From: Negaprion brevirostris
Lineage: Eukaryota
Length of the DNA: 64,000 nucleotides
Reading direction: 5' to 3'
Assembly (NCBI GenBank): GCA_030324005.1
Contig: JARDVH010000073.1
Location: forward strand, 106,789,231-106,853,230
Shown in pieces: positions 24,566-37,075 of this stretch. Every line of letters starts with the position of its first letter. The stretch's first letter is position 1. The notes under the pieces were generated by a model. The model was not told the origin of the DNA. It worked only from the letters and a program-made list of their open reading frames with translations, and ran no database searches. A program made the position numbers and the translations under genes.

Positions 24566-25289
24566 GGAAAAAAAATACAATGCAAAGAGCAACTAATGTT
24601 GGGAAATAAGAAAGGGAGAACATTCATTGTGGGTCCATTAATCTCAGCACGTTGTCACTACCGAGAACCAACATAACTGGGGTGTGTGGTGTGGGGGAGG
24701 CTGAAAAATAGCGTGCAAGATGTGTCAAGCCAATGATAATCAGGTTTGTATCTGACTTTGTATATACTTTAATAATGAAATCATAAGCAGCCAAAAAGCA
24801 GGACAATTTTTAAGTATCAAATGACTGCGCACTTAATTAGAGACTGTCACAAGATGACAATGCTTTACATCTGGCGTAAACCTCAAACTGATTGAATGCA
24901 TTAAAATAACTTTTTCAATAACAAATCATCTGTCTGTATCAGGACTGTTTGAAAATGAGGTAGTGGAAAGCAAATTAGATGAACTCCATACTCTTACTGA
25001 GCAGAAAATGACAACGTAATGGGCCAGTCAACTGCAATGAGATCACACTGATATTCAAACTTTGACACACAAGTAACTGATCCAACGCTTTTGTATCTAT
25101 GTTCCTTGGAGATATGGCTTGCAACAACTGAGTAGGGCAGGAGAGAAAACAAACGATTGCAATATGATCCGTGGAGATCACTAATGTGCCAGTGAAGGAG
25201 AGATGACAAACTAAAGGCAACATTTTTGACAAGCAATTAATTTATATCAGGTAATACTATGCTTTGCGGAACAAGAAATTGTTCTAGTA

Positions 25290-25588
25290 GTGGTGGCACA
25301 TTGGCAAGAACTGCTGCCTCAAAGCACCAGGGACTCGGGTTCAATTCCAGCCTTGGTGTTTGCACTTTCTCCCATTGTCTGAGTGGGTTTCCTCCAGGTG
25401 CAACAGTTTTCTCCCACAGTCCAAAGATGTGCCCATTTGATTGACTGGCTGTGTTAAATTGCCCCTTTAGTGCCAGGGAGGATTAGCAGGGTAAATATGT
25501 GGGGTTACAGGATAGGGCTTGGTTGGGATTGTCAATGCAGGCTTGATGGGCCAAGTGGACTCCTTCTGCACTGTAGGGATTCTATGAA
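25290..25588 (+). mobile_element. HE1-type V-SINE
   Basis: Head, V core and ccttctgcactgtagggattctatg tail. Confidence 0.88.
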
Positions 25589-25743
25589 AGGTCCACCCTA
25601 TTCTTTAAACTTCTGTGCTTTCAGACAGTCTTAAGAAACCTCAAACTTCCATTTTTAAAAGTGTGTCTGAAACATCAAGTTAGTGCATGTCCTCCAAGCT
25701 TACTGTGGGTAATCAAGGGTTGCATTTTTAGTTCCATTCTTAC

Positions 25744-25945
25744 CAATCACTGTCAGCCATCTGGCAATGGAGCCATAGACTTCATCCAGAATGAGAATGA
25801 CCACCAGATTGATGATAACTGCAGTAGCCGTGACGATGACTCTGACATTGGCTTTGGCGTAGGGATCAGGGCTCACAGCCATGACTGCAGCAATGGAGAT
25901 TCTGTACATAATCACTCCAAAGACTATTGCAAACGTCAGACCAAT
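25744..25945 (-). CDS. ANO1: Anoctamin exon (202 nt, TM3-TM4): [67 protein letters not shown]
   Basis: ctttctctag|ATT acceptor, ATTG|gtaaga donor; overlaps ORF 25700..25915. Confidence 0.97.
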
Positions 25946-28096
25946 CTAGAGAAAGACATTTCTGGTTAAGTCGTAGTGCCTCAAAAATAAAAGACGATAA
26001 AAAAATCAACAAGTGATACAGCCATGTGGTAACAAATACTAGAGNNNNNNNNNNAGAGATGAGGTCTAGGTTGCTCTGTACGAGTATTCTGAATATACTT
26101 AAATTCATTAACAATCACAGGAAGTGCTGCACTGATTCAGGATGAGATTTTGTACAGTAACAAAAAAAACTTTTCACTTCTTGAGAACACAAACCAAATA
26201 ACACCTTATTTTGAAATTGTATCAAGCATACAAGCACTTTGCATCTAATTTTTGAAGTAGGCAAAATTAGCAGCTAATACTTGAGAACATTTCGCTAGGT
26301 ATTCTACAGCAGACAGAAACCTTGTGTCAGAACAGACGACAAAGCGGATGGGAAGAGGTTGCCTGGTAATCAAGGTAAAAATGAAAATCTGAAGGTTGAT
26401 TTGCAGATTTTTGAAAACCGGCAGGGATAATGGGGATGTGGCTAGGTGAGGATGCCAAATTATTGTATTCACTAAAAACTTGCTTATGAAGTAGGAGAAA
26501 ACAGGGAAGCATCAGACAAGTCCAGCCAGGGGATTGCAGAACAAAACATGTAGATGTGTTTTCTGTATATCAAATAAAAGGCAGCAGGTGTGGATGTGAA
26601 AGAAAATGCTCTCCATGATGGATCATGCTCAGGTAACTAACTACCTGGAAATAACATTCAAGTCATGTAGCGTGCGACTCGTGGATTCAACAGGGGACTG
26701 CAGTGAACTGATTGATGTTCTTGTTACTGGGGAGTGTGCTTTTTGGCAGCTGCAGTAACAGATTACTGACCAGTGTCCTCAATTGTTGCAAGTGCTATTA
26801 GCTTTGCCCCTTTACATGTTTTATTTTATATATTAACATTTTACTCCATTCTTAAAAGCTACAAAGTCAAAGTGGACCAGGCAAACCCAATTTGGTTTTT
26901 GCTCCAAAAACCAATTTCCAATTGAATCCAATTCATGGTCCCCAAGAGAGACAAACAAGATCCAAGCTGAAAGGATAGGCATTGCACCCCATCTTGGGCT
27001 TGATCTGTACATTTGTTTGAATTGTATCTTACAATTTGTATTAACAAACACAGAGCAAAGACCAGAAAAGACCATTTAGTGAATACAGTCTCAAATATTG
27101 TTTTTACATTGTTCAATTGTATAATTTTCTGGCTCAGCTATCCTGCTTAGCAAATTATTTCAAACATTACTCAAATTTATTGTAATATTGGTTTTTAATT
27201 TTGTTCTTACTAATTTTCTATGGTTCTATACTACAGTCTTACTTTGTAGTAAGGATCATAAATACTATCTATATGCACAATATTATGTCCATTGCAATGA
27301 GGTCTGTCCAATTGTTTCCAAATGGTCAAGGTCCTCTAACCCTTCCTCATTGCTTGTCCCTATTGTACTTGGGGATCAGTTTTCTTCTTCTCCTCTGCAC
27401 CAATGCTCAAATAGGTTTTTTTATGGAATGGTGGACAGGGCCAAATATCATGGTCAAAGGAAGCAGCTCTAAATATCATGGTGGGCAGAACCACACATCA
27501 GTTCAAATATTTTAATGCTTCAGCCAGACACTATCATTAGATTAAAAGTTTTGTACTCTTCTGCTGTAGTTATATATTGGAGCATTCTAAATCATACGCT
27601 TCTAATGAGGAAGTTTTAATGGTGGAGATAGGAATAAAAGGCATTTCCAGTAAAGGGTCAGTAACCGCCAGACAGATTTCAGATAACTAGCAAAATGCAT
27701 AATGAAGATTAGGAACACTGTTTATTGTGCAGTGAGTGGAAGAGTGGCAGGGGCAGATGCAACAGCAGCTTTCAAAAAGGGGATTGGCTAACAAGTGAAA
27801 AATGAAATAAAAATTTAAAGAAGAAAAAAATCATCGNNNNNNNNNNNNNNNNNNNNNNNNNNNNNNNNNNNNNNNNNNNNNNNNNNNNNNNNNNNNNNNN
27901 NNNNNNNNNNNNNNNNNNNNNNNNNNNNNNNNNNNNNNNNNNNNNNNNNNNNNNNNNNNNNNNNNNNNNNNNNNNNNNNNNNNNNNNNNNNNNNNNNNNN
28001 NNNNNNNNNNNNNNNNNNNNNNNNNNNNNNNNNNNNNNNNNNNNNNNNNNNNNNNNNNNNNNNNNNNNNNNNNNNNNNNNNNNNNNNNNNNNNNNN

Positions 28097-28397
28097 AGAC
28101 TCGAATCACCTTGGCAGATGGTGGAATTTGAATTCAATAAAAAAGAAATCTGGAATTAAGAATCTACTGATGATCATGAAAACATTGGTGAACCAGATGG
28201 GTTTTTCTGACAATCAACGTCCTTTAGGGAAGGAAATCTGCCATCCTTACCGGGTCTGGCCTACATGAGATTCCCAAGATATAGCAAAGTGGGGGACTCA
28301 ACTAACCTAGCAACTTACTCAGTTCAAGGGTGACTAGGGATGGGCAATAAATGCTGGCCGGCCAGCAAAACACATGTCCCAATGATGAATTTAAAAA
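28097..28397 (+). mobile_element. Family A SINE (5' end hidden in N run)
   Basis: cctttagggaaggaaatctgccatccttaccgggtctggcctacatg core; gggatgggcaataaatgctggcc tail. Confidence 0.85.
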
Positions 28398-28516
28398 CGT
28401 GACTTATATGTGCAATGGCACTTTGAATACATATGTTACATGGTTGCATAACAAACCATAACTACTTCCGTAATACAGAATACCAAGACTTGAGAAATAT
28501 TTGCTCATATTCATAC

Positions 28517-28591
28517 CATAAATAGAACTGCAACAATATTGGTTATGTAGGCTGGGGTACGATCCCTCCAAGTCAGCTTCTCCTTTTCAGT
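28517..28591 (-). CDS. ANO1: Anoctamin exon (75 nt): TEKEKLTWRDRTPAYITNIVAVLFM
   Basis: tatatttag|ACT acceptor, ATG|gtatga donor; KLTWRDR motif; not in ORF track. Confidence 0.95.
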
Positions 28592-31500
28592 CTAAATATA
28601 AGCAGAACCAGCAAGGAAACAGTTAATCCTTCAAGACTATTTTTCAACTTGAAGATGTGCTAGATGCTTCTGCTCAAAATAAGTCCTTATCTGAATTATG
28701 AAGTCTGTCAGATTTCACCTGGACATTAGTTATAGACTATTAGATGCAAATGACATGCCCCTTGGGAACTGCATCAGAACTAAAATCAATGCTCAATCCA
28801 TTTAAATGTCTGATCTACTCTTCCATTCATAGAACTTACATGACAACCACACATTCCCATGTCTCTATAAAACAGCCTCTTGACTGTAATATTGCAAACA
28901 GATTTTAAGAGTCAAGAGTGGAAGAGTGAAAGAGTCAAGGTTAAAAACAGATCATGGAGCTTTCAGCATTGAAGCCATTCATTTAGGCCAACTGGTATTT
29001 GTTGTCCAGAGGAGTCTTCTCCTATCCTGTTTCCTTTAATCTCCACCCCACATACCCTTCTATTCAGTAACTTCATTTCACCATGATCTATGCTTTAGCT
29101 TGTTTGCGCTGCCTTACAAAATGAACATGTCACACTTCATGGTGAAGCAAACTGGTTTTGGATGAACATCAAACCAAGAATCAGATTGGTGATCTGATGC
29201 TAGAAACACACTGAAATACAAGTTGATACGCCAGTCATCATGAAGGTGAGCTTAAAAACTGAAGAAAAAATATATTGGGCCATTTGTAATGTTGGAAAGA
29301 GAATGTCATTACTGAAGGCTCTCAGTATATGCAGAGTATTCAGTCAGGCGTCCTCCACTGCTGGACAGAGTAACCCACAAACTGCAGTATAATTTGCAGC
29401 TTATCCACTGTGCAACACCTTTTGGTAGAACAGTTATAGAAAGTTACTTTTGAGTTTTTGTGGGGCAAGTATTCTTGCCTAATGGACAAGAAAGTAAATA
29501 TCTGGAGATCTCTATCTCCAGTCACTAATACAGGATACATCCTTACTATCTAATAATAGGCAGAGAATCTCCAGCAATGGCTTCCCTACCTGCTCCTACA
29601 TTTTCTTCCTGAGTCTCCATGAGAAATTTGTCCCTTTCCACCAGTAATTACTTGGAAAAAAATCATTCCAATGTGGAACTTCTGTCTGAACACTGATAAT
29701 ACCTAGTGTGCTCTCTGTACGCATCCACCCCCCACCCTCACCGCTTTTGCGCATTCAAACTGATTGCAAGGTTGGATCCTTACATGGACTGCATTTACCT
29801 TTGGGTGAATATCATCTTCCTCAGTTGTGGACCACCACCTCTGGACTGTGCCAAACACGTCATTCCATCTCTTTTTCCAACCACTGTTTCCAGTTGAATC
29901 AGACTGCTGGCAAACACTTATACCTTCATGTTGCTACCTCAGTCCAGAGGATTTGTCCCAACTTGGGACAAACTCATCAGCTCTTTACAGTTCATTTTTA
30001 GTGTTAGAGGAATACTCAAAATAAAATGGACAATTAAACTAAACATTTTACACTTCTTTCAAGGCCGGTCATAGAATCATAGCATTTCACAGCACAGGAG
30101 GAGGCCCTTTAGCCCATTGAGCCTGTGCAAACATCAAGTACCTATCTATTCTAAAAATGCAAGAATCAAAAATTTAGAAGGTGGAGTCCCACTAACCCAA
30201 TTCATTGGTTTCTTCCCATAACTTAGATTCTGAAGTTGTGCTGCAAAGCTTTATTCTGGAACGTCCCTTTTAAATTTACACATGAAATTAATTTAAAAAA
30301 GATGGGAAGTTGAAAGTTTTTGCTCATAACTGGAAAATATGGAAACACATGGTCAAGCGTTTACAGTTCAACTGGGAGGTTGGACGAAGAGGGAAGATGG
30401 AGAAATAGATACTGTAAACAGCTTTATGCCATCGATACGGAATAAAAATTTTGTCAGGGTCAGCTGTCTGTTTTGATGCATCCCATAGCTAAGCTACTCC
30501 TGGCCTTTTCTTATCAATTCAGAGATAGCATTCAAATTCACAGATATTACTTAAAGACAAGTCAGTGAAATGCAACTTGGATAAAGAAACTGGGGAACAA
30601 ATACCTCTTAAATCCACTAGATTGGTTGCTCATCATTGCTTTTTTTTGGGAATGATAAAGCCTTGTACCCCACAGTTTGAAGTTTTATTGCTTTGCAATA
30701 AGTGACCAAGAATGTTTCTTTCATAAAGCCATTTTCATCTAGAGCTGAATGCCCTCTGAATGAAATGGGTGGAATCTGAGGGAACGGGAGTCTCAATCAT
30801 CAGCTAGACGAAGTCTCACTGCACCTTCTGCCAGCCAGGCACTTAACAGGCCTTTCACCAGGAAAAAGGACCCAGGGGCAAAAGTTCCACCCCCCAAGAG
30901 CTTCCAGCCACTCAGAGGCTGACCATTCTTTTGTACTCAGTGCCACTGGGATGCCAGTGCTACTCCCACCTGAGGCTTTGGAACAAGGGGATGGGGGTGT
31001 GGCTTTCAGCTGACCAATGCTGGGTTCCTCGGATCATGTACTGAGTGCCTTTAAACAAAAAAATCAATTGCCCACTTGGGGCAGGAAGGCCTTCCATAGG
31101 CTTTGTTTGGCTTGGATTTAAATTAGGGTGGAGGTGGGAAAGTGGCAGTGTCCACACTCACCACCTGATTAACTTCTCACCCCATGCAGGAGGCACAAGA
31201 TTCTATCCAAAGTTTTCCATCCTCAAATCGTCCTGATGCCAGCTGCTGTGCCACTTTCCTTCAGCGAGGGATGAAGGAATCGAGACCATAACCACATTTC
31301 ATGCTATTCAGCAGGAAGGGCATAGACCTGATCTCAACAGCCAGAGATGGAATAAGTAGTGGCCCATTGGCCAATGTTTCCCTCTCTCTCCCATTCCCAA
31401 CTCAAATGCTTTCACTCTTGTGCATTTGAATTACCCATGAGTTCTGCATCTTATTCAACCAACTTGAGAAAGTACTGTAGGAGAGGTCACATCCAATCTA

Positions 31501-32149
31501 CAGGAGAGAGACAGGGCAACTGATGTATGATAGTGCAGTAAAAGAAGGGTTTTGTAGAGCATGACAGTTTTATATTCCCCCACGACTGTGGTTACAGACA
31601 GCTTGCCATGTACTTTTTTTGATAGCCTTCTCACCAGGCTCCTGAAATTGTATGGAGAGATAGGTGAACCCCAGGCCTGACTGCTCATTCTAGTGCCAGT
31701 TGATGCCCTCAGTGATCAATTAGTGACCACTTAAGGGCCATTTCCCACCCAGCCTCAATTTTGAGGCTGACAGGAGAAGTTTGGAGGAAGCCCAAAGGTG
31801 ACCCTACTCAGACGAGAAGGAGTACCTCCATCAACTGTCTTTCATCATTGGGCTTCCACTGCATTCAAGGCTGCCCCCTGCAGGTGCTCCCTCCCCAATA
31901 CCTTCACCCTCTCCTGGGACTCACCCTTTCCCTTTCCCTCCCCATGCCCCCATACTTATACCATCCTGAACAATGGGGCTTTGAGACTGCTTGAGGTTAG
32001 ATTTCTCCGAGGGGTGACAGTCCCATCTCCAGACAGCGAATGCTTGTAGGAGCTTTAAATTGCAGACAATATTGATGGGATGCATTTGTCACCAACTTCT
32101 CGGATGGCCATGAAGGACATCCCACCATCCTAATAATCCTGTCATTTAA

Positions 32150-33420
32150 TCCCATCAGAATAACATATTCCTTTCCCCCTCAACTGCTTACCCAGCTTCC
32201 CTTTAAATGCATTTTGCTGTTCACCTCATACTAATTCTTAAAACACACCACAAAAATCTCACCACTTTTTGGATAAAGACATTTCTCCTGAATTCCCTGT
32301 TGGATTTATTAGTGACCATCTTGTATTTGTAGTGTCTAGCTTTGGTCTGCAGCAGGCGACGGTGCAGAGGGGCCTCGGGTTCCTTGTGCATGAGTCGCAA
32401 AAACCCAGCCTGCAGGTGCAGCAGGTGGTCAGGAAGGCTAATGGGATGCTGGCCTTCNNNNNNNNNNNNNNNNNNNNNNNNNNNNNNNNNNNNNNNNNNN
32501 NNNNNNNNNNNNNNNNNNNNNNNNNNNNNNNNNNNNNNNNNNNNNNNNNNNNNNNNNGGGGCAGGCTCGAAGGGCTAGATGGCCTACTCCTGCTCCTATT
32601 TCTTATGTTCTTATGCCTTCCCAATAAGTGGGAACATAAATGGGTGAGATTCTCTGGCCTCCCTGTGGTGTGTTTCTTGGTGACAGGATCGTCTGATCCC
32701 ACCGCTATTAATGGGATTTCTCATTAATTCTATATCATACCATCTGCGCTGGAGGGGGTGCCCTGTTGGTGGAACCAGAAGATCCTGCTGGTATGAAGAG
32801 CTGAAGATTTTACCCAATATTTTCCCACCCTACCGCACTTCAACTTCATCTTAGACTTCTATTCGATAACTCCTCAGGTTCATCTTTTCTGGATAAAATA
32901 GCACAATCTGTTCAACCTTTCCTGATTCTTTGTGGGCAGGATTTTCCAGCCATGTTCACCAAGGCCAGAAAATCCTGTCTGAGGTCAATGGACCTTTACA
33001 TGGCCCATGTCCCATCTGCTATGATTCCTGTGTGGGTGGGATGGGGAAAAGTTCCATCTATTATCTCAGTTCTGGAATCATCCTTAAAATTTTCTGCCCC
33101 TTGACCACAGTCCAGTGCCTCAATCTCTTTTTATAATATGGAGACTAGAGGTTTTAACAGTTCTCCAAGGATTGTCTAGCCAAAATTCCATACAAGTTTA
33201 ACATGACTTTTCTGAAGGCATAGAATTGAAAAGCAAGAATGAATTCCAATGTTACACTTGTCTTTATTTTTTTACTGGCCTCATTAATCTGTACCACTAC
33301 TTTCAGTGATTTGTATATCTGTACCCTTGCACCTTCTCCCTCACTTACATTCTTATTATTCAAGCTGCATGATTTTCCCTACCAAAATGCATCACCTCAC
33401 ATTTAATTATATTTTATTCA
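32150..33420. mobile_element. Repeat cluster: old minus-strand CR1 remnant, younger + strand CR1 piece (32342-32615), two MITEs (32642-32815, 32934-33058)
   Basis: QVQQVVRKANGMLAF in ORF 32269..32727; MITE aat|gggtgagattctc..gaagattttaccc|aat. Confidence 0.75.
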
Positions 33421-34475
33421 TTAACTTAGTCAATTTATTAATTATTGCAGAAAAAGAGATAGACACTTCTGCTTTTCTTCCCCAAGCATAGGCTAGTTAA
33501 CACCTGAGGGTTAAACCTGAAGTCTAAATGTCAAGCACAATAGTGAATTAGATGAAAAGGGGGTACCCATTTAGCAAGTCTCACACTCCACTTTTGCTAA
33601 TAAATTGCTGCCGCCACCTCCTATTTAAATCTTTGCATTACGTTTTCCACTCAAACTTGGCAATCATGTAATTGGTTTGAGTGTCCTTACCAGGTATGTG
33701 CAAATTCAAACTGTTGATATGACCAACATGTGATATTAAATAAGGACAAACTTCAAAACTAGAAGCTTAGCACTTTGAAGTCCCTGAGCGATTACTGCTA
33801 CAACATGTTAGGCTACAACTAGTCAAGCATCACAAATCATGTCACATTGTGCACAGAGATCACAAATTACATGCGCAGTGGCAACCAAATGAAGGTGACC
33901 AGGAACATAACTGAATTAAGAAAGGTGGTCTACTCAGTTATTTGCATGCACAGCCATTCTGAATGCACTGTATTACCGACTATCAGATACATTTAATGAA
34001 GTGAAACCGTTCAGATAAAACAAAAACAAGTAGCTTGTTAAGAAAGACTGGCACTTTTTGAATGCAATGACACTCTTTAAAATTTCAGATAAATTTTGGG
34101 TACAAATGATTCACTCATTTATGGAGCAAAAATTTAATTTAACAAAGCATTGGTGACAAATGAAGCTTAAGGTGGCGAGCCAACAGTTGGGAGTCAAACC
34201 AAAATCCTTTTGAAGTTGTAATCCTAATAGGGAGCATAACCAGTAATCCTAACGGAGGCAAACTCTTTTCATTTCTTCACTCTATTGACAATGAGAGTTG
34301 TTCAATGGAATTATATAGTGGATTGTGATTGGAAGAGCAGCTGACATTAACCAATATATTTCACTGCAATGAATGGCACTTTCATTCTTCTTTTCAAATA
34401 ATTGACCTTGGCCCTATGTCTTTCTGAACAAACTTGGGAAAAACAAAAATAAGAAGCTTTATATTCAACTACTAC

Positions 34476-34553
34476 CAATTTCACCCCGGCCATAGCAGAC
34501 CAAACTCTGTTTTTCCATTTGTTTGGTTGTTCCTCCACTCCTTCCGATAACCT
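34476..34553 (-). CDS. ANO1: 78-nt exon RLSEGVEEQPNKWKNRVWSAMAGVKL, equivalent of the TMEM16A 'd' cassette
   Basis: ttttctttgccctgacctcag|AGG acceptor, TTG|gtagta donor; 26 codons, phase 0/0; NKWK.RV..AMAGVKL resembles mammalian segment d (from memory). Confidence 0.92.
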
Positions 34554-35265
34554 CTGAGGTCAGGGCAAAGAAAAGGACCACATAGACAGTGTTAAGTTCA
34601 GTAACACACATTACCATAGGCTAACAAAAGGGATCCAATGCCAAGCTACTTAAATTATTGAATATAAATGGAGGTAGAGAAACTTTTCCCTTGGACTCAA
34701 GATGGGGGAAATGCTAAAATCCATTCTTAAAACCCAGCATCCCCATCAAACCCATTTCGGATCTTATGGGGAATATGCCAGATGAACAGTGAGGTACCGT
34801 ACACCTTCTTCTGATAACGTGGCATTCACCCCACACCAAGAAAAGTGCAACAAGAATAGATTTTCCCCTTTATTCAAGTAGCCGTCAGTGAGGCACTTCT
34901 CAAAGATCTGCAGTAATGGCAGTCTCATGTTGGGTTGAACCTGCCATATTGTACATGGATACACCCAAGGAGGAGACGGTGTTTAATTCAACAGGCTGGA
35001 TTCAAATCCTGATCTCAGATGTGGCAAGACAATGTTACAATGGACTAATCTGACCAGTGTCCAATTATTGTGTTTAATGAAAAAAAAGCACATTTAATCA
35101 ATACACAACTATAGTAGCATTAATTTGATGTAATTATTTTCCAAAGATAATGAAAATAGTGAACACAAAAACGCTAGCATTTTTCAAACAGACTTTTATA
35201 AAAACATTTTACCAAGTCTAAAGGATAAAATGCAAGATGTGTTTGGATTGCAAGTTTGTTCATAC

Positions 35266-35340
35266 CTCTTCCTTCTTTTGGAGCTCTTTCTTCAGAACTT
35301 TACTCAGAACCTTGGCTTCATATTCAGGCCGTGGATGATC
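35266..35340 (-). CDS. ANO1: Anoctamin exon (75 nt): DHPRPEYEAKVLSKVLKKELQKKEE
   Basis: gcgtag|GATCAT acceptor, GAG|gtatga donor; phase 0/0. Confidence 0.95.
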
Positions 35341-36858
35341 CTACGCATTTTCAAAGAGAAAGGGCAACAAGACGCTTAACATACAAATTGAATTGAAAGC
35401 TTGTATAACAACATTACTAGAAGTATGGCTCTTTCCCTTTCTCTCCAACCTCCCCCTGCCATTAAATCATTACTCAAACAAAACCTGACCAGTTTTTCTG
35501 GACCTGGTGCAACAGCCAGCTCAATCACTGGACAAACGCAAACTATACTGTGATGAACCAGTAAAATAATGATTTTTGTTGAAGCTCCCCAACTTAGAAT
35601 TGTCTTTGGCAGTACTCATATGGTCTAGAAGCAAGGGACGATTCCGAGTGTACAAAAATATTGGATAGAAAGTCATTTACCAGTTGCCACCCATAATCTA
35701 TACAGCATCCATTGTTCTAAACATTTTCACTATTGCCTTTGGTTTGTTGACATTTGAAACAATAACTTCCATTTTACTGCCCGAAAACATTACTTACAGA
35801 ACACACAAGAACAAAGAACAAAAGATAGGAGGCAGCTAACAAGCCCTTCAAGCCTTTCCCACCATTCAATATGATCATGACTGAGGGGGCAGAAGCTTTT
35901 ATGACCTTTAAAAACTCTTGTAAGCTGAAAAAGCAACCAAAGATATGACACTGATTTCCCCAACATTGTGCCTTTTTTTTGCATTGTNNNNNNNNNNNNN
36001 NNNNNNNNNNNNNNNNNNNNNNNNNNNNNNNNNNNNNNNNNNNNNNNNNNNNNNNNNNNNNNNNNNNNNNNNNNNNNNNNNNNNNNNNNNNNNNNNNNNN
36101 NNNNNNNNNNNNNNNNNNNNNNNNNNNNNNNNNNNNNNNNNNNNNNNNNNNNNNNNNNNNNNNNNNNNNNNNNNNNNNNNNNNNNNNNNNNNNNNNNNNN
36201 NNNNNNNNNNNNNNNNNNNNNNNNNNNNNNNNNNNNNNNNNNNNNNNNNNNNNNNNNNNNNNNNNNNNNNNNNNNNNNNNNNNNNNNNNNNNNNNNNNNN
36301 NNNNNNNNCTTGAAATCACACATTTTGGCAAGGAGGATACAATGGTTAAATGAAAGCCCCCTGTCATCACCTAAACCAGTTACTGCCTCGCTAAGGACAT
36401 TTCCAGCCATTTCAGCACAACACTTGCTATTGAATAGCTGATTCTCTTTGGGCTGATACTTTGGTCCTTGTTACAAAATCATGAAAAATGGAAACCATAA
36501 CTGAGCAGCGATTAACACAACCAGACTCCCAGTTACTAATTATTATAAATCACTGCACTGGGGTTTAGTCATTATTGTAGTCCAGAGGTCCAAATGGCAG
36601 ACAGGTTCCCCAACTTAAATAATTGAGTAGCCTACAGGAAAAGTTCCCTCATCCTTGTTGGATTCTTCACCTTCATTAAAAAGAGCATCGTATCTTCCTA
36701 CAATGGGAAAACATAGGAAGAGCAGTAAAAAGCACTAAAGCTTAAAAAAGCATTGGATTAAAATACCTCCCCCCCCCCCCCGCCAGCAACAAGTTTAAAG
36801 CAGCATAATTAGGCAAGCTTGTAAAAGGTATGCAGTATTTAGTTTTTAAAATTCCAAC

Positions 36859-36870
36859 CTTTAATCGTTC
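36859..36870 (-). CDS. ANO1: 12-nt microexon ERLK, positional equivalent of the TMEM16A 'c' cassette (EAVK)
   Basis: gtttcttcttctgttgctgactgcctgaag|GAACGATTAAAG|gttgga; phase 0/0; lies between the ..FEEDE and DHPR.. exons; E-x-x-K pattern. Confidence 0.8.
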
Positions 36871-36992
36871 CTTCAGGCAGTCAGCAACAGAAGAAGAAAC
36901 AAGTATTATTAAACTGCAAAAAATAGTGACAAAAGATAGTTTGTTTAATACAAATTGAAGGACTTTTAAGAAATCATTTTTTGAAGGCTAAC

Positions 36993-37075
36993 CTCATCCT
37001 CTTCAAATCCGGTAAGATCCCATTTGTATATGAGCCTCATTTGGCATCTTTTCCAGTGTTCCATGAACATGGCAG
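36993..37075 (-). CDS. ANO1: Anoctamin exon (83 nt): (A)[27 protein letters not shown]
   Basis: cttccag|CTGCC acceptor, GAG|gttagc donor; phase 1 to phase 0; WDLTGFEE motif. Confidence 0.96.

Noticed and set aside
25661-25969. 102-aa + strand ORF, possible antisense gene
   Set aside because: Shadow frame opposite the TM3-TM4 exon; no recognisable motif. The same applies to 22255..22449.
26290-26760. Unique-looking stretch with a few CpGs and possible + strand splice sites
   Set aside because: No coherent exon frame or protein motif; cannot be supported without conservation data.
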